Origin: Nonlabens ponticola
Lineage (GTDB): Bacteria; Bacteroidota; Bacteroidia; Flavobacteriales; Flavobacteriaceae
Direction of reading: 5' to 3'
Length of the DNA stretch: 32,000 bases
Assembly: GCF_003966335.1 (NCBI RefSeq)
Contig: NZ_CP034549.1
Span: forward strand, 1,710,001-1,742,000
The position numbers and the translations under genes were made by a program. This document shows positions 17,543 to 24,760 of the stretch, one piece after another (position 1 is the stretch's first letter; each line of letters begins with the position of its first letter). A model generated the notes under the pieces. That model made no database searches. It was not told the origin of the DNA and saw only the letters and a list, made by a program, of their open reading frames with translations.

Positions 17543-18169
17543 ATGAAATTATTTAATATTAAATATGCTGTTGCTGCATTAGCACTAGCAACTATCACAA
17601 TAAGTTGTGATGATGACGATGATGTAACAGGCTTTCCAGCTACAACTGATTTCTCCGGTACTTTTGTACAAGAAGATCAAATGGGTCGTCCTGGTATCAA
17701 CACCGTTTTCACTCCAACTGAGGATGATGAGAATGAATTTAATGTAACCTTGCCAGCAAATGGTATCGCTAACTTTCAAGCTATCTTTCAAGATAGACTA
17801 GAAGCATACTACGACGCTTATGGTGCGGAATATGAAAACAACATTCTAGGTCTTGACATTGCAACATTGACGACTGTACTTGCACTTGATGTGTTACAAG
17901 TTGCTCCTAATGCAGATACTAGTTATTTTAATCCTAACACGGGCGTACCACTTACTGGTAGAAGGCTAACTGACGACGTTATTGACGTTTCTTTGATCCT
18001 CCTTTTTGGTGGTGAGAGCGGTGCACGTTTTGACGGTGGTGAAGGTAATGGTGATGACGACGATGATGATGATTCTAACAACGTACCTAACCTTGTTTCA
18101 GACAATGTAGGTGTTGAAGATGATGCTGTTCAAAACACATTCCCATACTTGACGCCAGCTGACTTCTAG
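17543..18169 (+). CDS. DUF4331 family lipoprotein, C-terminal-half type, with poly-Asp tracts
   Basis: Lipoprotein signal ...ATITISC. Motifs QMGRPGINTVF, TGRRLTDDVIDVSL and FPYLTP match the back half of DUF4331. D5 follows the lipobox Cys and D7 lies near the C-terminus. Confidence 0.65.
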   Translation: MKLFNIKYAVAALALATITISCDDDDDVTGFPATTDFSGTFVQEDQMGRPGINTVFTPTEDDENEFNVTLPANGIANFQAIFQDRLEAYYDAYGAEYENNILGLDIATLTTVLALDVLQVAPNADTSYFNPNTGVPLTGRRLTDDVIDVSLILLFGGESGARFDGGEGNGDDDDDDDSNNVPNLVSDNVGVEDDAVQNTFPYLTPADF

Positions 18170-18193
18170 AAGTTAGTTTGTGACATTATTTAT

Positions 18194-18228
18194 AAGCCGA
18201 TTTCTTTGTAAATCGGCTTTATTATTTA
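18194..18228 (+). terminator. rho-independent terminator/attenuator between DUF4331 pair and TPR gene
   Basis: 10-bp perfect stem AAGCCGATTT/AAATCGGCTT with a 6-nt loop, followed by TATTATTT. Confidence 0.6.
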
Positions 18229-18242
18229 CCCTATTTTGATTT

Positions 18243-19538
18243 ATGAAAAACCTAATTATCATTTTGATTTTAATGTTGTTCATCACTAGCTGTGGTGACC
18301 GCAATGTTGATGTAGCATCCAGTACCATTACAGCTGCCGAGGATTATCAAGAATACCTGGAGAATGACAATACTAGTGAGATAGAAGCATTTAAGCAAGA
18401 GGTTGATTTTCTACGTGAAGTAGTTACAGAGGATAGTACCAGAATTGTAGTAATGAGCCAACTTGCAGGCAAACTAGATCGATTATTTGATCTTACTGGT
18501 GAAGTTGATTATTTGAATGAGTCAGTTAGCTTTCGCGAAAACGTAACCCAGAAAACATACATCAAACCAGAGAATGCAAAGCGTAATCTGGCACAAGCAT
18601 ACATAAAGCAACATCGCTTCAAAAAAGCCGATAGCCTGATGAAATCATTTACGGCAAATTATGCCAGTAAGGAAAGTCAGTTTGTCCAATTTGACATCGC
18701 CATGGAGTTGGGAGAATATCAAACGGCGCAGTTGCTGCTGGATTCCCTGCGCAATACAGGTGATTATAATTATTTAATTCGTGCTGCCAAATGGAATGAT
18801 CACGACGGTAATCTGGAAAATACGATTAACCTCATGGAGCAGGCAAAGCAACTAGCTGATGAGAGTGGTAGTCAATCACGACAGTTGTGGAGTTATTCAA
18901 ACATAGCAGATTATTATGGTCACAATGGCCAGTTAGAGGACTCTTATGAGCATTATTTAAAAACGCTAGAATTAGATCCAGGTAACACCTATGCCTTGAA
19001 AGGTATATCGTGGCTGGTTTATTCAAATGATCGCGATCCAGATCAAGCATTAGAAATATTGACAACGCTTAAAGAAAGGCATCCATTACCCGATTACAAC
19101 CTAGAAATGGCTGAGGTTTATGAATACAAAGATGCCTCGCAAACTGCTGATTCTTTACGCGCTGTATTTCTTTCTCAAGTGAGTGATCCGGGTTATGGAG
19201 ACATGTATAATGCCTATAAAATTGAGGAATTAATTGCAGCTGGTGAATCACAGCAAGCCGTTGATCTAGCACGTCTTGAAATTACCAATCGCGCTACTCC
19301 TGAGACTTATGATTTGTTGGGCTATGCTTTATTATCTAATGATGAGGCTGCTGCAGCTCTTGAAAATCATAAGAAATATGTCATCGGTAAAACATATGAA
19401 CCGGTAGCGCAATTGCACACGGCTCAGATTTTGAAAGCAAATAACATGAACGAGATGGTAGAGAAACTCAAAAAGGAGCTTCTAGAGACTGAATATGAAT
19501 TAGGGCCAGTAACCTATAAACAAATACAGGCATTGTAA
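18243..19538 (+). CDS. TPR-repeat lipoprotein
   Basis: Lipoprotein signal MKNLIIILILMLFITSC. All-helical sequence with TPR-like repeats (e.g. YYGHNGQLEDSYEHYLKTLELDPGN). Confidence 0.7.
   Translation: MKNLIIILILMLFITSCGDRNVDVASSTITAAEDYQEYLENDNTSEIEAFKQEVDFLREVVTEDSTRIVVMSQLAGKLDRLFDLTGEVDYLNESVSFRENVTQKTYIKPENAKRNLAQAYIKQHRFKKADSLMKSFTANYASKESQFVQFDIAMELGEYQTAQLLLDSLRNTGDYNYLIRAAKWNDHDGNLENTINLMEQAKQLADESGSQSRQLWSYSNIADYYGHNGQLEDSYEHYLKTLELDPGNTYALKGISWLVYSNDRDPDQALEILTTLKERHPLPDYNLEMAEVYEYKDASQTADSLRAVFLSQVSDPGYGDMYNAYKIEELIAAGESQQAVDLARLEITNRATPETYDLLGYALLSNDEAAAALENHKKYVIGKTYEPVAQLHTAQILKANNMNEMVEKLKKELLETEYELGPVTYKQIQAL
18529..18542. repeat. palindrome copy 8 (GCTTTCGCGAAAAC, 13/14)
   Basis: Inside the TPR CDS, read as S-F-R-E-N. 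Confidence 0.8.
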
Positions 19539-19577
19539 AACCACAATTACCGTACACACGTATATAGTGTATAGTTG

Positions 19578-19607
19578 TTGCTCTAGAAGTTGAGAGAGCT
19601 AGAGCAA
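19578..19607 (+). other. hairpin (9-bp stem, 12-nt loop) downstream of TPR gene
   Basis: TTGCTCTAG ... CTAGAGCAA, followed by T/G-rich sequence. Confidence 0.3.
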
Positions 19608-19631
19608 TTGATTGGTTGGTTAGTTTAGATG

Positions 19632-19665
19632 TGCTCGGGTTTAGGGATCCGAGCATTTCTGTGTT
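19632..19665 (+). terminator. rho-independent terminator of the TPR gene
   Basis: Stem TGCTCGG/CCGAGCA followed by TTTCTGTGTTT, in a convergent intergenic region. Confidence 0.55.
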
Positions 19666-19688
19666 TATATCTCACTTAAACGACCGTC

Positions 19689-19904
19689 TTATTGCCTGTA
19701 CTCTTCAATGACTTTTTGAGCTTGCGGTAAATCTTTTTGAGCTACAAATAACTCAATGTCGTTAGGTGGCGCTCCAAATCCGGCAAGACGAGCAGATTCA
19801 GTATGATCTTTAATTAATGTAGCGATATTCTTCTCGTTGAGAAGCTGGGCTATTCTATTAATAGTTGTTGAGCTACCAGAAATGAGTTTGACTTCTTGTT
19901 GCAT
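19689..19904 (-). CDS. DUF2007-like small protein (putative signal-transducing fold)
   Basis: 71 aa. The pattern NRIAQLLNEKNIATLIKD...GFGAPPNDIELFVAQKDLPQAQKVI resembles DUF2007 proteins. Confidence 0.55.
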   Translation of the reverse strand: MQQEVKLISGSSTTINRIAQLLNEKNIATLIKDHTESARLAGFGAPPNDIELFVAQKDLPQAQKVIEEYRQ

Positions 19905-19920
19905 GATTAAAAATCAGGTT

Positions 19921-20622
19921 TTACTTCATTTGTGTATAGTCACAAATGGATTGTATAATTATTTTCTTGTCAATCTTCTTAGCCTCAATAAACCGTTCTA
20001 TTTTTGAGACTCTTTTATCATAATTGATTGTTTTCCTTTCTAAATGTAATGATTTAGGAGCTTTGAAACCAGCTTTGAGCATTTCGTATTCGGTTGCAAA
20101 AGGTAAAAGCGGTGCATGGTATTTCATCTTGGGGTTTAATATATATGCTATGGATGCGAGCTTTTCACTGTCAACTTTTGTCTGGTCGGTATGTTTTAGA
20201 ATCCATCTTTCATGGACGACATTATTAATAGTTGTATCATTTATTTGATTATAGGCAGTATATTCAATAACATCCTTAAACGGATTACTAAGTGGGTCAA
20301 CATCACGGCAAGGAATACTAATAAACTCAGCTTTTATAAAGTCAGCCTTTTTCATTTTAGATTCAGATTTCAAGCCATTACGATCAAACATATATATCAT
20401 GTAATTTTCATTGTCGTGAGGCATTAAAAGAGCATAGTAATCGCTAGTAGCCGAATTGGTCAAGTATAATTTTGTAACAGGATATTCTGTATCGTTTCCT
20501 GGCTTTACAAAATCTTCCACTAGTGTATATTGGTATTCTAAGACATGATCGAACTCATAGACCTTTTGCGCGCTGGCTTGTTGAATAAAGAAGATAAATA
20601 CTAGTAAAGAAGAATATTTCAT
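19921..20622 (-). CDS. hypothetical secreted protein (orphan, AT-rich gene)
   Basis: ATG at 20622 gives the signal peptide MKYSSLLVFIFFIQQASA. No recognisable domain. Local GC is clearly below that of the neighbours. Confidence 0.5.
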   Translation of the reverse strand: MKYSSLLVFIFFIQQASAQKVYEFDHVLEYQYTLVEDFVKPGNDTEYPVTKLYLTNSATSDYYALLMPHDNENYMIYMFDRNGLKSESKMKKADFIKAEFISIPCRDVDPLSNPFKDVIEYTAYNQINDTTINNVVHERWILKHTDQTKVDSEKLASIAYILNPKMKYHAPLLPFATEYEMLKAGFKAPKSLHLERKTINYDKRVSKIERFIEAKKIDKKIIIQSICDYTQMK

Positions 20623-20970
20623 TAACTGTTTTTTGTTCAATTAAATTGATTTTATCTAAGTATAACGTAAAACATTTACCTGCCCAAATCATTCCTATTA
20701 AGATTCATTATCAGTCTTGAACTAAGAATTGTGATTAGAGCACTGGCCGATTTTTTTTTACAAAAAAAAGTATGCTTTTCTGATGCATCAAGCACAAACA
20801 CCTGCGAATCAAAATTTAGTTGAGAATTGACTTAAGCTACTTTAAATTAATCACTGCTAATGTGGATTGCTCGTAGAAGAGCCGCGAGGTCAAAGCAATG
20901 TTAGCACTACTAAATTGCGTTGCATAACTCCAATTAAAAACGATTGTTTATTCAAATGCCAATCAACTGA

Positions 20971-21753
20971 TCAATCAGTTGGCAAAGCGCCTAGTACATA
21001 CAACCTTTCCAAAGTTGGCCCTTGACTACCGCCAGCAGGTTCTAGAGTAATCCCAAAGGCTTGAGTATCAAACTTGTTTTCTACCGCAAAGGCATCTTCT
21101 TGATAAGCCAGCACACCTAGGTCAGTTGGTGTTAATGGATTCAGCGTTAATGACCATAATTGATAAGTCATATTTTCTGGTGGTGCAGGAAGGTTTGCGA
21201 TATCAATATAGGTGATGTTCAAGTCAGGATTATGGAAGGCGACGGCGCTGCTGCTCTCAAATCCAGCCTGACCAGCCAGCGGTACTTTCACTGTTTCTGG
21301 TGCTTTTATGAAATCCAGAGCTTCTTGATAATCAAGAGCAAGCTGCTCAGTTTGCTGTAATTCTTGATCTAGGAACTCATTGCGCTCCACGTTACCTCGT
21401 ATTTCCTCTTTGAGATTTGTGTTGGATCTGTATAAAAATCCTGCGCTTATAAACAATAGTATCGCAGCTGCCCATCCTAGATATTGTCTCCATAGCGCGA
21501 CACGATGTTCTTGTGAATGTTCTTTTATGTACGCGCGAATATTTTCTAGCATGGTGATGCCATCCAATTGTGGTGCTACACCTCTGGCGATAGTTTGGTA
21601 TGCGTTTTCAATGCGTATTACTTCTTCCTCAACCTCAATGTGTTGATCAACCATTTGGGTGATTTCCACGCATCTTTTTGTGGGTAGAACACCACAAACA
21701 TAGGCTTCTAATTCGCCACTCTCGATTAATTCATTTACTGTCAATTCCATCAT
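20971..21753 (-). CDS. anti-sigma factor, RskA-like
   Basis: ATG at 21753 overlaps the sigma stop (ATGA). N-terminal anti-sigma helix region, one TM helix (WAAAILLFISAGFLY) and a C-terminal RskA-type segment (MTYQLWSL...P..LGVL). Confidence 0.7.
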   Translation of the reverse strand: MMELTVNELIESGELEAYVCGVLPTKRCVEITQMVDQHIEVEEEVIRIENAYQTIARGVAPQLDGITMLENIRAYIKEHSQEHRVALWRQYLGWAAAILLFISAGFLYRSNTNLKEEIRGNVERNEFLDQELQQTEQLALDYQEALDFIKAPETVKVPLAGQAGFESSSAVAFHNPDLNITYIDIANLPAPPENMTYQLWSLTLNPLTPTDLGVLAYQEDAFAVENKFDTQAFGITLEPAGGSQGPTLERLYVLGALPTD

Positions 21754-22286
21754 CCTACCATCATTTTGCGTAGAGAATTTAGGCATTTACGGTGACGTGT
21801 TTTAAGCGTTCCCGACGGCATTCCTAATTCCTCAGCGCCGTCTTTAAAAGTGAAACCTTTAAAGAAAATAATATCAATAATTCTTACACACATTGGTTCT
21901 AATTTCTGCACCCATTCCTTTAAGAATAGGGTGTCTGTCTGTTCATCCAGATTATCTTTACTTACAATAATATCTACGAAATTATCTGTGCTTAAGTTCT
22001 TTAATTTGTTTTTATGACGTTTACTGCGCAGATAATCGATTGATGCATTGCGAGATATGTTGAGTGCCCAGGTGAAAAATCTACCAGCATCGGCATCGTA
22101 GGATGTTCTATTGCGCCATATTTTGACAAAAACATCTTGAAGTATTTCTTGAGCGACTTCTTCTTCCTTTACAATACCGTAAATAATGCCATAAAGCGCA
22201 TCCTTGTAACGGTCATAAATTCTATTGAAAGCTACCTCGCTACCTTCTTGTAGCCTATTGATGAGCAGATCTGGTTGGGATTTCAT
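21750..22286 (-). CDS. ECF-type RNA polymerase sigma-70 factor
   Basis: Region 2 (YKDALYGIIYGIV, QDVFVKIWRN) and region 4 (GFTFKDGAEELGMPSGTLKTRHRKCL). Confidence 0.85.
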   Translation of the reverse strand: MKSQPDLLINRLQEGSEVAFNRIYDRYKDALYGIIYGIVKEEEVAQEILQDVFVKIWRNRTSYDADAGRFFTWALNISRNASIDYLRSKRHKNKLKNLSTDNFVDIIVSKDNLDEQTDTLFLKEWVQKLEPMCVRIIDIIFFKGFTFKDGAEELGMPSGTLKTRHRKCLNSLRKMMVG

Positions 22287-22311
22287 GTGTAATCTTGAAT
22301 TTTAAAGATGC

Positions 22312-22347
22312 AAAAAAAAATCTACAACCAGGTGGTTGTAGATTTTT
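22312..22347 (-). terminator. strong rho-independent terminator of sodC (A9/T5-flanked, potentially bidirectional)
   Basis: The minus-strand RNA forms the stem AUCUACAACC-ACCU-GGUUGUAGAU followed by U9. Confidence 0.8.
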
Positions 22348-22367
22348 AAATCGATTGGGATGTTCAT

Positions 22368-22964
22368 TTACTCGACAACGCCACAAGCAACACGAGCACC
22401 AGCGGCGCCACTAGGCTGTGATGTAAAGTCATCGGCTTTTGCATGAACGATAACTCCTTTGCCAACAATGTTTTTATTTTCATCATCACATCCTATACAC
22501 CACTTGTCAGTAGAGAAGACGAGCGATGCATTACCTTCAGCATCTGCTTGTAGATTTCCTATGTCCCCTTTATGGTGCTGATTATCGCCCCATGATCCAT
22601 GATCTTCAGACGTTGGATTCCAGTGTCCACCAGCGCTTGAAGCATCATCGGCACTACAATCACCATTCTGGTGTAAATGGATGGCGTGCGATCCTTCTTC
22701 AAGACCTACTAGTTCAACTACCATTTCTACTTCATCACCTTTTTCGGTAAAAATGATAGAGCCAGTCACGTCACTACCGCTTTTTGATCCCATTGGGACG
22801 TTTACTGTTTTAGGTTCATCCATATTTTCATCTTCATTACTACTGTCCTCCATTTCCATGTCAGTATTGTTGCTGTCCATGTTTTCTTCTTCCTTGTTTT
22901 CTTTACAAGAAGCTATGCTTAATGTTAGTGCTAGTGCCAATAAGGCGATGTTTAATTTTTTCAT
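22368..22964 (-). CDS. sodC: Cu,Zn superoxide dismutase lipoprotein
   Basis: Lipobox LSIASC. Motifs HAIHLHQNGDC, GGHWNP, HHKGDIGNL, VIVHAKADD and GARVACGVV. All Cu/Zn ligand positions appear present. Confidence 0.9.
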   Translation of the reverse strand: MKKLNIALLALALTLSIASCKENKEEENMDSNNTDMEMEDSSNEDENMDEPKTVNVPMGSKSGSDVTGSIIFTEKGDEVEMVVELVGLEEGSHAIHLHQNGDCSADDASSAGGHWNPTSEDHGSWGDNQHHKGDIGNLQADAEGNASLVFSTDKWCIGCDDENKNIVGKGVIVHAKADDFTSQPSGAAGARVACGVVE

Positions 22965-23043
22965 TGGTTGTTATTTAAGTTAGTGAATGTAATAATTAGT
23001 ACAGGCTTGACCTTGACTTTCACAATTCTTTATAGATGACAAA

Positions 23044-23535
23044 TCAAGGATATAATTTCTCAAATTTCATAGGGTTGTTATTTCCTATCTTGAGATTTTC
23101 CATGGCATTAAGTGCGATGTCAACACGTTTTTGTGAATCCTTGACACCGTACACCATGAATATGATGTTACGCTGTTTGCCTGGCAATAGTTTTTCAAAG
23201 AGTTCGTAGGCTTCATGATCGCTCAATAAAACGGCTTCCAGCTCTTCGGTCATGGGAGCTTGATATTTGCTAGTATCTTCATGCATGCTTACATGAACCT
23301 CGTCGCCTTGATCTATATTGAGGAGTTTCTTGTTAGCCTTAGAACACATCAAGTAAAACATTCCTTTCTTCTTTATGACACCAGCATAAAGAGTAATTTC
23401 GTTTTTACCAGAAGTAACAGTGGCAACGACTCTTTTAATTTTGGATACAGTTAGTTGGTCTGCTATATCTTCAGGTATTGGCAAGGCGCCCATCCAGCCA
23501 TCGGTACTCAACTGCGTTTCAAATTCAAAAATCAT
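23044..23535 (-). CDS. DUF1905 / YdeI-like two-domain protein
   Basis: 163 aa. The N-terminal beta-barrel-like part (GALPIPEDIADQL...ATV) and C-terminal helical part (LLPGKQRNIIFMVYGVKDSQKRVDIA) resemble DUF1905 plus YdeI/OmpD-associated domains. ATGA overlap with the upstream gene. Confidence 0.6.
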   Translation of the reverse strand: MIFEFETQLSTDGWMGALPIPEDIADQLTVSKIKRVVATVTSGKNEITLYAGVIKKKGMFYLMCSKANKKLLNIDQGDEVHVSMHEDTSKYQAPMTEELEAVLLSDHEAYELFEKLLPGKQRNIIFMVYGVKDSQKRVDIALNAMENLKIGNNNPMKFEKLYP

Positions 23536-24746
23536 TCTACTACATTAGTTATAATCTGCGTTTGGGAATGCATGGTACGATGTACGGGACACTTATCGGC
23601 AATTTGTAGTAATTTCTCTAACTGTTTTTCATCTAAGTCGCCCGTGAATTTAATTTCTCTCGTAAACGTATCAATTTTTGATTTCTCGTCTTCGCAGTTT
23701 GCACAGTCGGCGGCGTGTTGTTTGTCATAATTCACGTGACATTCAATATTGTCTAGTGGCCATTCCTTGCGCCGCGCGTACATCTGTACGGTCATTACTG
23801 TACAGGACGCTAGTGCGCTAGACATGAGTTCATAAGGCGTTGGGCCAAAATCATTTCCCTGCACACTTTCTGGTTCATCAGCTATAAAATAATGTCTTCC
23901 AGCTTTCATCTGTGTGGTAAACATACTTTCTTGATCAAGACTGGCGACTACGTGATGATTAGTATCGATAGAATCTTCCTCTGGTATTTCTACATATCTG
24001 GAAGCCCATCCAGCAATGACCTCACCTACATACTTAGAATCATTTTTGTTGGTCAACAAATGATCTGCTCCATCCAAACTCACAAAACTCTTAGGATGGA
24101 TTGCCGCATGATACAGCTTTTCTGCATGATTAATACTTACCGTATCATCCTGTGGTGAATGGCAAATGAGTAAAGGCTTGCGCAATTCTTTCAGCGTTTT
24201 GATGACCATTTGCTCATTGATATCACGCAAGAATTGCTTTTTAATCCTAAACGGTCTACCGCTCAACTGTACTACGGCTTCACCATTTGCTTCAATAGCT
24301 TTAATTTGATCGCCAAAAAGATGCTTCACATGATCAGTATCACTAGGAGCTCCGATTGTTGCAAGGGCTTTAATGGATTTCGCTTTCGCGGAAGCATAAA
24401 CCACAGCAGCACCGCCCAAAGAATGACCTATCAGTAGGCTAGGAGCTTTGTAGTGCTGTGCCAGATGGTCGATCGCTGCAAGCAGATCGTCAACGTTTCC
24501 AGAGAAATTGGTATCACCAAAATCGCCCTCGGAATCGCCCAAGCCTGTAAAATCAAATCGCAATACACCATAACCAGCCGTCGTTAGGGCACGTGAGATA
24601 TTGCGTGTAGCACTAAAGTTTTTACTGCAGGTAAAACAATGAGCAAACACCGCATAATTATGTGGATGCCTATCTGCCGGTAATTCGAGCCTGCCACTCA
24701 ATTGATAGCCTGCTTGATTAGTAAACTCTATTTTTTCAAAATTCAT
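23532..24746 (-). CDS. bifunctional alpha/beta-hydrolase - OsmC-family fusion protein
   Basis: N-terminal hydrolase with the nucleophile elbow GHSLGG. The C-terminal OsmC-like domain has two Cys contexts (ALASCTVMT, ADKCPVHRT). Confidence 0.8.
   Translation of the reverse strand: MNFEKIEFTNQAGYQLSGRLELPADRHPHNYAVFAHCFTCSKNFSATRNISRALTTAGYGVLRFDFTGLGDSEGDFGDTNFSGNVDDLLAAIDHLAQHYKAPSLLIGHSLGGAAVVYASAKAKSIKALATIGAPSDTDHVKHLFGDQIKAIEANGEAVVQLSGRPFRIKKQFLRDINEQMVIKTLKELRKPLLICHSPQDDTVSINHAEKLYHAAIHPKSFVSLDGADHLLTNKNDSKYVGEVIAGWASRYVEIPEEDSIDTNHHVVASLDQESMFTTQMKAGRHYFIADEPESVQGNDFGPTPYELMSSALASCTVMTVQMYARRKEWPLDNIECHVNYDKQHAADCANCEDEKSKIDTFTREIKFTGDLDEKQLEKLLQIADKCPVHRTMHSQTQIITNVVE
24382..24395. 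repeat. palindrome copy 9 (GCTTTCGCGGAAGC, 13/14)
   Basis: Inside the hydrolase-OsmC CDS (minus strand), read as A-S-A-K-A. Confidence 0.8.
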
Positions 24747-24760
24747 GGAGCGCGTATTAG

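Noticed and set aside
16826-18169. DUF4331 pair as a frameshifted pseudogene
   Set aside because: The second ORF begins with its own complete lipoprotein signal peptide after a 24-nt spacer, and the first ends cleanly. This is consistent with two functional exported proteins.
20958-20975. Inverted repeat CAACTGA-TCAA-TCAGTTG spanning the anti-sigma stop codon as a terminator
   Set aside because: The stem is only 7 bp, there is no U-tract on the minus strand, and it partly overlaps coding sequence.
21754-21786. Upstream ATG (21786) for the anti-sigma gene giving a 37-nt overlap with the sigma gene
   Set aside because: The internal ATG at 21753 forms the classic ATGA stop/start overlap and removes a non-conserved-looking N-terminal extension (MPKFSTQNDGR). 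I preferred it, although the longer form cannot be excluded.
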